DNA of 63,502 nucleotides, the filler included, from Clostridiaceae bacterium (GTDB lineage Bacteria; Bacillota; Clostridia; CAYPLH01; DUMO01): assembly GCA_012839865.1 (NCBI GenBank). It is 4 parts of 4 records of this genome, joined end to end, with 100 filler letters (N's around TTAATTAATTAA, not from the genome) between each part and the next. Parts side by side here need not be neighbours in the genome. Positions count along the whole stretch, not along the records: positions 13,310 to 35,860 come from DUMO01000051.1; 3 more parts are not named here. One strand, written 5' to 3'. A program made the position numbers and the translations under genes. The notes under the pieces were generated by a model. That model saw only the letters and a program-made list of their open reading frames with translations, had not been told where the DNA came from and searched no databases. This document shows positions 17,761 to 28,142 of the stretch, one piece after another (position 1 is the stretch's first letter; every line of letters begins with the position of its first letter).

Positions 17761-18426
17761 TCATGCCAATACGTTGCATGTGGAGTTTTTGCATTTATAA
17801 TGAAGAAAAACAAGGTGTTCCCTGTTGCTGCAATACTTAAGAACCCTTACTTTGCTGCCTTTTCTTATTTTCCCGCCGCACTTTAAGCAATACAGGTTTG
17901 AACGGTTTGCCTTTTCAATAAATTCCTCAGGTTTTATATCCTTGATTTTTTGCCAGCACTTCCAACCAACCTTGCATATCCTGATTCTGTTATCAAAATC
18001 GGCAAAGACCCACCTTAGAAGTTTATGAAAATGAAAGGGGTATTTGGTGTATTTAATATATTGCTCAGGCAACCCAAGACGCATTGTATAAAGCTCAAAA
18101 CTTTTTTCGACAACCTCCTGGGCTTTTCCGGTTATTTGCCCCTGCTGCCAGGTGAAATCGTTTTTGTCGAGCCAAAGTTTTAATTTATCAAACATGTAGC
18201 CCCTGCATACTTCTATTGCTTCTCCCGGCGAAACTTCCAAATGCTGAAAAGCAGCAGCTGCAATATTTACTACCTCATCCAGGTATAACTTTTTTTTAAA
18301 ATTGTCATTCTGATATAAATCAACAGGTATTATATCAAAATAGTATTCATTTGTTTCAAGCCTGTAAACTCCTATGCATGTACCCCCGACAAAGCTTCCG
18401 CTTCCTGCGTCGTCTATTTTTATCAT
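17761..18426 (-). CDS. Conserved hypothetical protein; RNase H-like N-terminus and C-terminal Cys/His cluster
   Basis: IDDAGSG resembles RNase HII DEAGRG; CLKC...HYKC; AGGAG RBS. Confidence 0.7.
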   Translation of the reverse strand: MIKIDDAGSGSFVGGTCIGVYRLETNEYYFDIIPVDLYQNDNFKKKLYLDEVVNIAAAAFQHLEVSPGEAIEVCRGYMFDKLKLWLDKNDFTWQQGQITGKAQEVVEKSFELYTMRLGLPEQYIKYTKYPFHFHKLLRWVFADFDNRIRICKVGWKCWQKIKDIKPEEFIEKANRSNLYCLKCGGKIRKGSKVRVLKYCSNREHLVFLHYKCKNSTCNVLA

Positions 18427-18448
18427 ATGTTCTCCTCTTGATTGAAAG

Positions 18449-18752
18449 TTAGTGTTCAGGCGCTTATAAAGAGCAATCAGCTCTAATACTGCTTTTACGG
18501 CAAGGCATAGGAAAACACAGTTTAAATGCCTTGGAGTCTTAGTAATGTCCGCGTGTTTGAGCGAAGCAAGTTCGCGGAATTACTTGATTTGCGAAGCAAA
18601 TCCAGTCAAAAGCGAGCGGGGCTCGATGCCCCCGAGCTTTTCTCTACAAGGCATTTTAAACTGATTGTTTTCCTTGCCGAAGCCGTACTTGCAGTATTGG
18701 AGTTGATTGTTCCTGAATTAAGTCAATTACATCGATAATGCCTGAACAGTAA
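18449..18752 (+). repeat. ~300-bp palindromic (cruciform) repeat element, copy 1
   Basis: Nested inverted repeats TGTTCAGGC/GCCTGAACA, GAGCAATCAGCTCTAATACTGC/GCAGTATTGGAGTTGATTGTTC, CAGTTTAAATGCCTTG/CAAGGCATTTTAAACTG; highly similar to 26771-27090. Confidence 0.85.
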
Positions 18753-18877
18753 TGGTTGAAACTCCAAACTGCATAATACTATATAATTGCCATTTAATGC
18801 ATCTTAAATTCATGGTATAATATGAATATCATCATAAAAGCTTTTCAAAGCTTAAACTCACTTAAGAAGGTGCCTTT

Positions 18878-19420
18878 ATGGACAATATGCCGGCCAAAAA
18901 TGCAAGTAATGAAAACGGGACACGGGAACAGGTTCCTGGTATCAGTGGTGCTGAACATACAAATACCATGGACACAGGTATCGTAAATACCGGTGCTGAC
19001 AGTAACAACAATGATAAAGAAGATTCCGATATTGAGAATGCAAATATTAAATTGAATTTGTCTGAACTTATGAACCTTGCAAGCTGGGCATCTTTTAATG
19101 CCATAATTGAAATTGTGTTGGGTGCTTTCTGTTGTTTGGGAATAATAACCGCCATATTCGGCATCCCAATAATAATGAGCGGTGCAAAACTCTTTCGTGC
19201 TTCCAAAAAGATAAAAAAATTTATTGCAGAAAAAAATACTGCGGCCATTGAAGAGACCTTGACAGAATTGGATAACTATTTCAGGCTGAAAGGCGTAACA
19301 ATTATCATAGTTTTCATTTTTGCCCTGATTATGATATTCCTTTACGGAACGGTTGTTTACCTTTTTCTTTCAAACCTTGATCCTCAGTTTTTTAATTCAA
19401 TAGGCTCATTTTTCAAATAA
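18878..19420 (+). CDS. DUF5362-like membrane protein
   Basis: LGAFCCLGIITAIFGIPIIMSGAKLF...LDNYFRLKGV. Confidence 0.7.
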   Translation: MDNMPAKNASNENGTREQVPGISGAEHTNTMDTGIVNTGADSNNNDKEDSDIENANIKLNLSELMNLASWASFNAIIEIVLGAFCCLGIITAIFGIPIIMSGAKLFRASKKIKKFIAEKNTAAIEETLTELDNYFRLKGVTIIIVFIFALIMIFLYGTVVYLFLSNLDPQFFNSIGSFFK

Positions 19421-19479
19421 CCTGACGCTCAAAAACAAGGTAACTGTTTTCCGGCGCCAAACATTTGCATTACCCTTAT

Positions 19480-20214
19480 CTATTTTTCAAATATTTTGCT
19501 AATGTCCTCCTTGTTCAAAAACCTCCATTTGCCGCAAGGAAGTTTCCCTATCCTGAGGTTTCCTATTGCAACCCTTTTTAAGGTTATGACCGGGTGCCCA
19601 ATTTTTTCACACATCTTTCTGACTTGACGGTTCTTTCCCTCATGAATTATTATCTCAACAAAAGCAGTCCTTCCCTTGCGCTTTAGGATTCTAAACTTCG
19701 CAGGCGCGGTCCGGTATCCTTCAATATCAAGTCCCTTTTGAAAGTTGTCAATTTCATTTTCACATGGAATGCCTGAAACTTGCGCGTGATAAGTCTTTTT
19801 AACTTCATGGCGGGGATGGGTCAACCTGTATGCAAAATCACCGTCATTGGTAAGTATTAGAAGCCCTGATGTATCATGATCAAGTCTGCCTGCAGGGTAC
19901 AGTCTTGCATCAACTCCTTTGACCAGGTCATTGACTGACTTTCTGCCAAATTGATCCCTGACAGTGGTGACATAACCTTCAGGTTTGTTGAGCATTATGT
20001 ATACCAATTCTCTTTTTGGTGAAACTGGTTTTCCGTCCACTTCAACCAAATCATTTTCATTTACCTTCACACCAAGTTTATCCACCGTCTGGTTGTTTAA
20101 TTTTACCCTTCCCTGGGTTATTAAAAGTTCAGCCTTTCTCCTTGATGCAATTCCACAATCGGCAAGATACTTTTGCAATCGAATACCAGGCACACAAATT
20201 CCCCATTCCTGCAA
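19480..20214 (-). CDS. rluB: rRNA pseudouridine synthase (RluB/RsuA family)
   Basis: S4 domain RLQKYLA.CGIASRRKAE; GRLDHDTSG; EGKNRQVRKM; start may be GTG 20193. Confidence 0.92.
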   Translation of the reverse strand: MQEWGICVPGIRLQKYLADCGIASRRKAELLITQGRVKLNNQTVDKLGVKVNENDLVEVDGKPVSPKRELVYIMLNKPEGYVTTVRDQFGRKSVNDLVKGVDARLYPAGRLDHDTSGLLILTNDGDFAYRLTHPRHEVKKTYHAQVSGIPCENEIDNFQKGLDIEGYRTAPAKFRILKRKGRTAFVEIIIHEGKNRQVRKMCEKIGHPVITLKRVAIGNLRIGKLPCGKWRFLNKEDISKIFEK

Positions 20215-20421
20215 GTTTTAAATTTTTTCAAAATTCAGTTTATTTCATAAACCAGCATTATTATTTTACCATAAAGTTAAAAGTGGGCATTACCCACTTT
20301 TTAACTTCACAGATGAAAATGTAGATTTTTTGATAGATTATTATATTATTTGGGGAGCCAAAAGAAATCAAAATGGTGGCAGGGCAAAGCGCCCCGGACA
20401 CAGTTGCACATTTTTAGTTTA

Positions 20422-20907
20422 TTATTCTTTTTCGTCACCTTTGCCTGCGTCAGAAGTTTTAACTTCCTTTGTAACTTTAATTTTTCTTTTTACACATTCA
20501 TTTGCCTTTTCCAATATCTCCGGAACAAGGTCAAGTACTCTGTCAAGAGAGGCATTGATGCTTACAGGAATAAGCTTAATTTGTCCCTGCCCCACTACCA
20601 TGAAAGCTACAGGGTTAATGCTTACCCCTGCTCCGCTTCGTCCTGCAAAGGGATATTTCTCCTTTTTCCTGGCACTTCCGTTGTCTTCATCATCATCCCG
20701 GGTTTCCGTTTTTTCAATGCATTTGCCGTATTCTCCGCCACCAGCTGCAAACCCGAAGGCAACTCTTGATATAGGTATTATCACGGTACCGTCAGGAGCC
20801 TGAACGGCATCACCTACAATTGTGTTTACATCCACCATTTCCTTTATGCTTTCCATCGCTGTTGTCATTAATCCCTCAATTGGATGTTCCGCCAAACATA
20901 TCACCAC
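20422..20907 (-). CDS. ytfJ: GerW/YtfJ family sporulation protein
   Basis: HPIEGLMTTAMESIKEMVDVNTIVGD...GFAAGG...GAGVSINPVAF. Confidence 0.92.
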   Translation of the reverse strand: MVICLAEHPIEGLMTTAMESIKEMVDVNTIVGDAVQAPDGTVIIPISRVAFGFAAGGGEYGKCIEKTETRDDDEDNGSARKKEKYPFAGRSGAGVSINPVAFMVVGQGQIKLIPVSINASLDRVLDLVPEILEKANECVKRKIKVTKEVKTSDAGKGDEKE

Positions 20908-20977
20908 CTGTAAAATATATTTATAGTAATTAACAGTTTTTATTTTGCCTGTGATTTATTAATCCCGGAATCCTAAA

Positions 20978-21628
20978 TCACGCCTGCCTTTTAGCCAATT
21001 TGTTTAACAATACCTGTTTTCCATATTTTAGAGCCATAACTATAATATGAGCTATTTTTAAACTAAATATACAAAAAAAATCTATTTCAAACTTTTTCTC
21101 CTCAAAATGTGGATGTATATCCACATGCTTTTTATTAACTCTGAAGTTGTTTTCCAAAAGGGATACGAGGATCCCCGCCACAGCCCAGGCAATGCCACTG
21201 TAAATACCTGTATAGTATGCTTCTCCGGTTCCTATATATACATCCAGTTTCAACTCCTCAACCAGCAGCCGGTGTTTACGAAAGCCCCAGGCAATACCAT
21301 ACTTTTTAATTTTGCCTATTATCCCTCTTAACTCGTTTCTTAATTCCCGTGGTGCAAGCCTTCCCCTTTTCTTATTTTTTTTCTCCTTTACGCCTTTTTT
21401 ACCCTTCTTGATTAATTTAAGGCCGAAATTATAAAAATCCGCAAGGGAAACTTCATATTTAAACTTAAGAAGGCCGTTTAAATAATAGAGGGACAGGATG
21501 ATGTTATTGCTGCCACCACCTTTTCCGACATATTCAATTACCATATTTATTCTGGTTAAAGTTATAATAAGAAATACCAGAAAAACAACTGCAAAAATAT
21601 ACAATACCAGCATTATTGCACCAACCAC
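20978..21628 (-). CDS. DUF2953 (YtfI-like) protein
   Basis: N-terminal TM, GTGEAYYTGIYSG, HPHF; directly upstream of ytfJ. Confidence 0.8.
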   Translation of the reverse strand: MVGAIMLVLYIFAVVFLVFLIITLTRINMVIEYVGKGGGSNNIILSLYYLNGLLKFKYEVSLADFYNFGLKLIKKGKKGVKEKKNKKRGRLAPRELRNELRGIIGKIKKYGIAWGFRKHRLLVEELKLDVYIGTGEAYYTGIYSGIAWAVAGILVSLLENNFRVNKKHVDIHPHFEEKKFEIDFFCIFSLKIAHIIVMALKYGKQVLLNKLAKRQA

Positions 21629-21808
21629 GTTTATTATGGCTAAATAACAGTGTTTTCGGAAAGCCAGTCCTTCATTACATATTTTTGCCTAAGGAAGAGA
21701 AAATAGACATGAATACTCAAGAATTCTTGATTCACTTGACTTTTATTTCATGCCCCTGTACAGGGGTACTATATTATTCATGGAATTATTGACCAAATAA
21801 GTGCAGCA

Positions 21809-22333
21809 TTATTTTTCCTGCCCCACCATTCCAAGCAAAGGCAGATCCTTTAATGAAGAAAAACCAAAACATCTTAAAAACTCTTCTGTTGTTTCATATA
21901 AAATCGGTTTGCCCGGCGCGTCAAGACGCCCGGCTTCTTTTATCAGATTACGCTCCAAAAGTCTGGTGATTGAACTTTCTGAATTAACACCTCTAAGGCT
22001 TTCAATTTTGGCCCGGGTAACGGGTTGGTTGTATGCAATGATTGCCAGTGTTTCAAAAGCTGCCTGGGATAATCCCTGCTTCTGCCTGGGGACGAAAAGC
22101 TTTGCTATATATTCATGATAGTCCGGTTTGGTACATAACTGGTAACCGTCATCAATTTCCCGTATCATGATGCCGCGGGATGAATTGTTATATTTGACAA
22201 TCATACTGGAAATTATGTTTTTCAGTGTCTTTCTGTCCACCTCAATTATTTCGCACATCTTGTCCAAAGATAATGCGTCCCCGGACGCAAAAAGAAGACT
22301 TTCAACCACTGATTCAATTTCCTTGATATCCAT
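21809..22333 (-). CDS. scpB: SMC-Scp complex subunit ScpB
   Basis: ESLLFASG, YQLCTKP, LSQAAFETLAIIAYNQPVTR, RGVNS. Confidence 0.95.
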   Translation of the reverse strand: MDIKEIESVVESLLFASGDALSLDKMCEIIEVDRKTLKNIISSMIVKYNNSSRGIMIREIDDGYQLCTKPDYHEYIAKLFVPRQKQGLSQAAFETLAIIAYNQPVTRAKIESLRGVNSESSITRLLERNLIKEAGRLDAPGKPILYETTEEFLRCFGFSSLKDLPLLGMVGQEK

Positions 22334-22389
22334 AACCAACCTCACACTTCCCGGTTAAATGAATAAGAATCATAAACATAAAAGCTGTT

Positions 22390-23250
22390 TCAGTTTTTGT
22401 CCCTTGCCTTGTTAAAGGCTTCAGGATACAGCACATTCTCTTCATATGCATCTTCAATTTCAGAGTCCATGGAATTGATTAATGCTTTTGTCAACTCGCT
22501 GCCATTGCCTTTCCTTGAAACAATAATATCTGAAAAAAGCTTTTCCTGCTTTAAACTTACACTTTTTCTTTTCGCCAGTTCCAAAATTGCCAAAAAACCT
22601 GTAACCACTTCGGTTTTTGAGCGTTCCCTCAGGGAAAACATTCTGGAGAACCTGAAAAAGGTTCTTTTCATAAGGATACCGGCTATTTCCCTTATTTTGC
22701 TTTTTATTGAAACCTTCTCCCGCATTAGTATCTGAGACATGTTTTTTTCATTATTCTTGTTAATCTTTCGTTCATTTCTCTCCAGGAGGTCCCGAAAAAC
22801 CCTTCGCAGCTCTTCCGGTGAAAGCTCCAAAACCTCTTCTTCCACGTCAAATTCAATTGCTTCAGGCAATTTGTAATGAACCAGTTCCCATTTTTGCTCC
22901 CGCAGCTTTAATTCTTCACTGAAGTCCTTGTACTTTTTGTACTCCACCAGTTTTGTGACAAGCTCCGCCCTTGGGTCAACTTCATGTTCCTCCTCATTCT
23001 TTTTCCCCGGAAGAAGCAGTTTGGATTTAATATGCAAGAGTATGGAAGCCATGACCAAAAACTCGCTGGCGATCTCCAGGTCCAGCTCTTTCATTGCAAA
23101 AAGATACTCCATGTATTGATCTGTTATTTCGTTGATCGGAATATCATATATATTAAACTTGTTTTCTTCAATTAAATGAAAGAGCAAATCAAAAGGACCT
23201 TCAAAATTTCTTAATTTAATTGTACAGGCAGTAGTTAATGCGCTTTTCAA
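22390..23250 (-). CDS. scpA: Segregation/condensation protein ScpA (kleisin)
   Basis: FEGPFDLLFHLI, ASEFLVMAS, FLAILELAK. Confidence 0.95.
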   Translation of the reverse strand: MKSALTTACTIKLRNFEGPFDLLFHLIEENKFNIYDIPINEITDQYMEYLFAMKELDLEIASEFLVMASILLHIKSKLLLPGKKNEEEHEVDPRAELVTKLVEYKKYKDFSEELKLREQKWELVHYKLPEAIEFDVEEEVLELSPEELRRVFRDLLERNERKINKNNEKNMSQILMREKVSIKSKIREIAGILMKRTFFRFSRMFSLRERSKTEVVTGFLAILELAKRKSVSLKQEKLFSDIIVSRKGNGSELTKALINSMDSEIEDAYEENVLYPEAFNKARDKN

Positions 23251-23265
23251 CTTACCATCCTCAAC

Positions 23266-24252
23266 TTACCAGTTAATTTTCATCGCATCTCTTATTTCCT
23301 GCATTGTTGATTCAGCTTTCTCCATGGCTTTTTTGTTTCCGTCATTAATTATTTCCCTGACTATGCCGGGAGTCTTCAGAAGATTTTGTCTTCTTTCATA
23401 AATTGGTTCAAAATACTCCGCCATTTTTCCAGCAAGTTTCTTTTTGCATTGAACGCAGCCGATTTTTCCCCCTCTGCACTCTTCCTCAATTGAACAAATT
23501 TCTTCACTGCTGAAAATTTTATGATACTTGTAGACAGAGCAAACTTCCGGATGGCCCGGGTCTGTTTTTCTGATTCTTTCAGGGTCGGTTACCATTGTCA
23601 TTACTTTCTTTTGTATTTCTTCAGGACTGTCGGATAAAGCTATTGTATTGCCGTAGCTTTTGCTCATCTTTCTGCCGTCGGTCCCCGGAAGAACCTTTGC
23701 TTCGGTTAACAGGGGCTGAGGCTCGGGGAATACGCTGCCATACAGGAAATTAAAACGTCTTGCAATCTCCCTTGCAAGTTCAAGGTGCGGAAGCTGGTCT
23801 TCCCCCACCGGAACAAAGTCAGCTTTGTAAATAAGAATATCTGATGCCATAAGGCATGGATATCCAAGAAAACCATAAGTGGTAATATCCCTGTCCTTAA
23901 GCTGTGCCAGTTGGTCTTTGTAAGTAGGACATCTTTGCAGCCATGACAACGGTGTTATCATGGAAAACAACAGATGCAGTTCTGCATGCTGCTTAATGCT
24001 TGACTGCAGAAACATTGTGCATTTTTGAGGATCAAGGCCTGCGCTGAGCCAATCAATAACAAGATCATCAATATTGTTTTTTATTTCAGAAGTGTCTTCA
24101 TATCCTGTGGTAAGAGCATGCCAGTCTGCAACAAAGAAATAGCAGTTGTATTCATCCTGAAGTCTTACCCAGTTCTCCAATGCCCCGAAATAATTTCCAA
24201 GATGTAGTGCTCCCGTAGGTCTCATTCCGCTTAGTATAGTTTTCTTATTCAT
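23266..24252 (-). CDS. trpS: Tryptophanyl-tRNA synthetase
   Basis: SGMRPTG.LHLGN, PVGEDQLPH, KMSKS. Confidence 0.97.
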   Translation of the reverse strand: MNKKTILSGMRPTGALHLGNYFGALENWVRLQDEYNCYFFVADWHALTTGYEDTSEIKNNIDDLVIDWLSAGLDPQKCTMFLQSSIKQHAELHLLFSMITPLSWLQRCPTYKDQLAQLKDRDITTYGFLGYPCLMASDILIYKADFVPVGEDQLPHLELAREIARRFNFLYGSVFPEPQPLLTEAKVLPGTDGRKMSKSYGNTIALSDSPEEIQKKVMTMVTDPERIRKTDPGHPEVCSVYKYHKIFSSEEICSIEEECRGGKIGCVQCKKKLAGKMAEYFEPIYERRQNLLKTPGIVREIINDGNKKAMEKAESTMQEIRDAMKINW

Positions 24253-24406
24253 GTTCTACCTCATTTCTGTTAAACTCATAAATCCTGTTATATAGATTCT
24301 TTTTTTTAAAGCCTGTAAATCAAAACCGGAACATATTTCCATATTCACATGCATCGGCATATCCTGAAAAAGATACATTCCACACCCGGTACTGCTTACA
24401 AAACCT

Positions 24407-25117
24407 TCAAATAAAAATATTTATTATTGTACTTGCAATAGTAATTATCGTAGTTTCCAGAGGCTGCGTAATCATGCTCAAAACTGCGCCAAACTGCTTT
24501 GAGAACATAAATATTATCAGCATCAAACCTATAACCATATAGTTTTCATACTCAAGCATTTTGTAATACTGCCTTGCAGGCAATATAGCCCCGAAAATCT
24601 TGGAGCCGTCCAGCGGAGGTACCGGTATCAGGTTAAACACCGCAAGATTCAGGTTTAAGTGAATGAACATATAACTCAAAGTCAACAGGATGCTTTTGAT
24701 ATTCCAGACACTAATATTTCTTAGATTGTACCTGCTGCTGATATAAACAAGCGGGAATGCAAAAATAAATGCAAGCAATATATTGGATAAAGGCCCGGCA
24801 AGACTTACAAGCAGAGTCCCTTTTTTCCGGTCTTTATAATACATGGGATTGATGGGCACCGGTTTTGCCCAACCTATCCTTGCAATCAACATCATAATTG
24901 CACCAAAAGCATCTATATGCTTGAATGGATTAAGAGAAAGCCTGCCCATGTTTTTTGCAGTCGGATCGCCAAGCTTATATGAAATATATGCATGAGAAAA
25001 CTCATGAAAGCTTATCGATACCAAAAAAACCACAGCCACAAATACATAGTTTAATACAAAAGGCAACAAATTCAACTCCTTGCTTAAGACAAAAGCCTTA
25101 AAAAATACTCTAAACAA
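24407..25117 (-). CDS. Site-2 protease (M50) family
   Basis: HEFSH, SLAGPLSN, FNLIPVPPLDG. Confidence 0.92.
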   Translation of the reverse strand: MFRVFFKAFVLSKELNLLPFVLNYVFVAVVFLVSISFHEFSHAYISYKLGDPTAKNMGRLSLNPFKHIDAFGAIMMLIARIGWAKPVPINPMYYKDRKKGTLLVSLAGPLSNILLAFIFAFPLVYISSRYNLRNISVWNIKSILLTLSYMFIHLNLNLAVFNLIPVPPLDGSKIFGAILPARQYYKMLEYENYMVIGLMLIIFMFSKQFGAVLSMITQPLETTIITIASTIINIFI

Positions 25118-25335
25118 GCATATGCAAGAGTCCGTATAAACTTACCGGATATTAATAATTATATCACTTAACACTGGAAAAATCACGTTTTCCTTGCTTA
25201 TTTACCGTGTCAAGCCTGGCCTTTATTTACACCCACCCCGTGGGGATTTTCTTCTATTTTCATTTTTATTATAATAAGACTTGCTCCAAATGGTATCTGC
25301 ATGCTGCAAAACCAAAGAATCACCATACAATACTT

Positions 25336-26643
25336 TTAAAGGTCACCGGGAATTATGTCGTTTCTTATAATGTCGTTATAGTCTTCCCTTTTGACAATTA
25401 CCCTTGCTTTTCCATCCCTGGCCAGCACTACCGCAGGCCGCGGAATACGGTTGTAATTGCTGGACATTGAGTAATTGTAAGCCCCTGTGGCAAATATCGC
25501 TAAAATATCGCCAACTTCTATTTTAGGCATCAACATGTCTTTCCCGATCAAGTCCCCCGACTCACAGCATTTGCCGGCTATTGTGACCTTCTCAACCTTG
25601 GGAGCATCAGCCCTGTTGGCAACAGCGCCATCATATTTTGCCCCGTACAAAGCATACCTGGGGTTGTCGGTCATACCTCCGTCAACGGAGACATATTTTC
25701 TTATTCCCTTTATTTCCTTGATATTTCCGACAGTGTAAAGAGTTATGCCTGCGGCACCAACAATCGACCTTCCTGGCTCCAGGAGTATGAAAGGAACTTT
25801 TATTCCATTTTGGCTGCAGAATGACTTAACAGTTTCTGAAATCGCTTCAATATATTTATGAAAATCAATCTGCACATCCTCTGAAACATATTTTATTCCA
25901 AAACCGCCGCCCACGTTCAGTTCCTGGATTTCGACACCCAACTTGTCCTTTAGAAGTACTGCAAACTCGAGCATTGTCTCAGTTGCAAGCTTGTATGGTT
26001 CAAGACTGAGTATCTGGGAACCAATATGGCAGTGTATGCCTGTAATCCTAATATTCTTCATAAGAGATGCTTCTTCAAATATTTCAAAGGCGTCTTCAAG
26101 GTCAATCCCGAATTTGGAATCTGTCTGGCCTGTTTTGCAAAACTCATAGGTATGAGCTTCAACACCTGGTTTTATTCTGAAGGACACGGAAACGGTCTTA
26201 TTTTTCCCGGCAGCTATTTTATTGATATTGCAAAGTTCCTGCATGTTGTCAACTACAATTCTTCCTACATTGTTGTCGATAGCCATGGCCAACTCGGAAA
26301 CCGTTTTATTGTTGCCATGGAAGTATACCCTTTCCATGGGGAAACCTGCCTTTAACGCAGTATAAAGCTCTCCTCCGCTGACCACATCAATGCCCAGGCC
26401 TTCCTGGTGCAATATTCTATACATTGCCATGGAGCTGAATGCTTTGCTTGCATAGAGAACCAGGCCGTTTCCGTTTAAATACTCATCTATTGCATTTCTA
26501 AAAATCCTGCAATTTTTACGGATCAGCCCTTCATCCATTACATAAAGAGGTGTGCCAAATTCCTTTGCAAGGTCTACACAATCACACCCTCCGATTTCAA
26601 GATGATTAGCGCTATTTATCCTGACAGCTTCGTTTATAAACAT
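25336..26643 (-). CDS. lysA: Diaminopimelate decarboxylase
   Basis: YASKAF, HCHIGSQ, GGGFG, EPGRSIV, CESGD, GAY..SM.SNYN. Confidence 0.96.
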   Translation of the reverse strand: MFINEAVRINSANHLEIGGCDCVDLAKEFGTPLYVMDEGLIRKNCRIFRNAIDEYLNGNGLVLYASKAFSSMAMYRILHQEGLGIDVVSGGELYTALKAGFPMERVYFHGNNKTVSELAMAIDNNVGRIVVDNMQELCNINKIAAGKNKTVSVSFRIKPGVEAHTYEFCKTGQTDSKFGIDLEDAFEIFEEASLMKNIRITGIHCHIGSQILSLEPYKLATETMLEFAVLLKDKLGVEIQELNVGGGFGIKYVSEDVQIDFHKYIEAISETVKSFCSQNGIKVPFILLEPGRSIVGAAGITLYTVGNIKEIKGIRKYVSVDGGMTDNPRYALYGAKYDGAVANRADAPKVEKVTIAGKCCESGDLIGKDMLMPKIEVGDILAIFATGAYNYSMSSNYNRIPRPAVVLARDGKARVIVKREDYNDIIRNDIIPGDL

Positions 26644-26770
26644 ATATTCACCGTCCATTTCAGTTTCTGGATTTGCAAAGGCGATTTTTGCGCATTATTT
26701 CATTATGTTAACACTATTAGGATATGAAGTCAAGGTGCGGTTTGACAGCGTCGTAACTGTCCTGATAAAA

Positions 26771-27090
26771 CATTAATACTCAGGTACTTATCATGAACAA
26801 TCAGCTCTAATACTGCTTTTACGGCAAGGCAATAGGAAAACACAGTTTAAAATGCCTTGGGAACTTAGTAATGTCCGCGTGTTTTAAGCGAAGCGAGTTC
26901 GCAGAATTACTTAGGTGGGCTATTTGCGAAGCAAATCCAGCCAAAAACGAGTGGGGCTCGATGCCCCCGAGCTTTTCTTTACAAGGCATTTTAAACTGAC
27001 TGTTTTTCCTTGCCGAAGCCGTACTTGCAGTATTGGAGCTGATTGTTCGTGACTTACGTCAATTACATCGATAACCCCTGAACATTAATG
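26771..27090 (+). repeat. ~300-bp palindromic (cruciform) repeat element, copy 2
   Basis: CATTAAT/ATTAATG outer IR and ATGAACAATCAGCTCTAATACTGC/GCAGTATTGGAGCTGATTGTTCGT; same orientation as copy 1. Confidence 0.85.
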
Positions 27091-27127
27091 ATAAAGCCTG
27101 CATGAATGAAGTGTATACAGCTTTAAA

Positions 27128-27862
27128 TTACGAATTTGATTTTAGGATGGCTTCAAAGAACTCATACGGGTCGCCGTAGGGCTTCTCCATATTAAACTTT
27201 TTCATGAAGTATTTATTAAGCCTGTATGTAAACATATACTCCCTGGCACCGAATTTGCTGCGCTTTTCCATAAATTCTTTCAAAATGGCATACTCATTGT
27301 TATTGACAGGATAATTATTAATTATTGGGACATCCGTATCACTATCCGATACCGGTATATTTGCTTTGATTGGCTTTTCACTGTTTAACGTTTTAACAAC
27401 CAGGGTATTTGCTGCGAAATCCCCCAGCCTCTGATATTTCGAACTGAACATTATAAACAGGGAACCTGTGAGAAAAAATCCAGGCAAAAAGTCTGCAATT
27501 CTCAGAATGTTTCTTAAAAATGAATCCAAAAAATTTAATGATTGGCCGTTTTTCTTAATAACCTTCAGCTTGAAAAGTCTCTTTCCAGGTGTTTGCCCGT
27601 TTTTCACAAGTTCGAAAAAAGTATGATATCCAAAAAAAATCAGATATACAAGAACAATTCCCATGGCTATTACGATGGAGCTATAATTCCCGGGGTTTGC
27701 AAAATCAATGCTGCCAAATATCATTGCCAAAAATGCAATCAGAATCAGCCCCGCCTGTATGAGGGCATCAATCAGCAAAGCTCCGAACCTTGATCCCAGA
27801 CCTGCCAGTTCAAACTCCAGGTTCACATTTTCAGGCGTTGGTATTTCAATAAACCGTTGCAT
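27128..27862 (-). CDS. RDD family membrane protein
   Basis: TPENV.LEFELAGLGSRFGALLID, GQTPGKR, QRLGDFAANT. Confidence 0.92.
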   Translation of the reverse strand: MQRFIEIPTPENVNLEFELAGLGSRFGALLIDALIQAGLILIAFLAMIFGSIDFANPGNYSSIVIAMGIVLVYLIFFGYHTFFELVKNGQTPGKRLFKLKVIKKNGQSLNFLDSFLRNILRIADFLPGFFLTGSLFIMFSSKYQRLGDFAANTLVVKTLNSEKPIKANIPVSDSDTDVPIINNYPVNNNEYAILKEFMEKRSKFGAREYMFTYRLNKYFMKKFNMEKPYGDPYEFFEAILKSNS

Positions 27863-28142
27863 AACTTCTATTTACTCCTTCCGGATTGTATTTCCAAGAG
27901 CCAGGCTCACATAAATAACCGGCCGGACTCTTTACGATGCAACCTTTAATTGCTGCACCAGAGCTTGTTGCTCATGAAATAATGCGCCTGAACTTCAGCA
28001 GCAATTCCGGTTAAAAGCGCAACACATATTATTCATATTGTACCAGATTTTCTAATCTGTTAGAATATATATATTGTAAATTTTATGCAAGTGTATGCAA
28101 TCTGATGTCAATCAAAGATATCTTAAACTTTTGGGAGGAACC

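Noticed and set aside
18526..18738. 70-aa ORF inside repeat copy 1
   Set aside because: The frame is not preserved in copy 2, which has indels, so the element is non-coding.
24253..24406. T-box upstream of trpS
   Set aside because: No GGTGGTACC-type motif or specifier stem in the 150-nt interval.
26660..27090. Lysine riboswitch upstream of lysA
   Set aside because: The structured sequence there is copy 2 of the 300-bp repeat, which is also found next to unrelated genes and is structured on the opposite strand.
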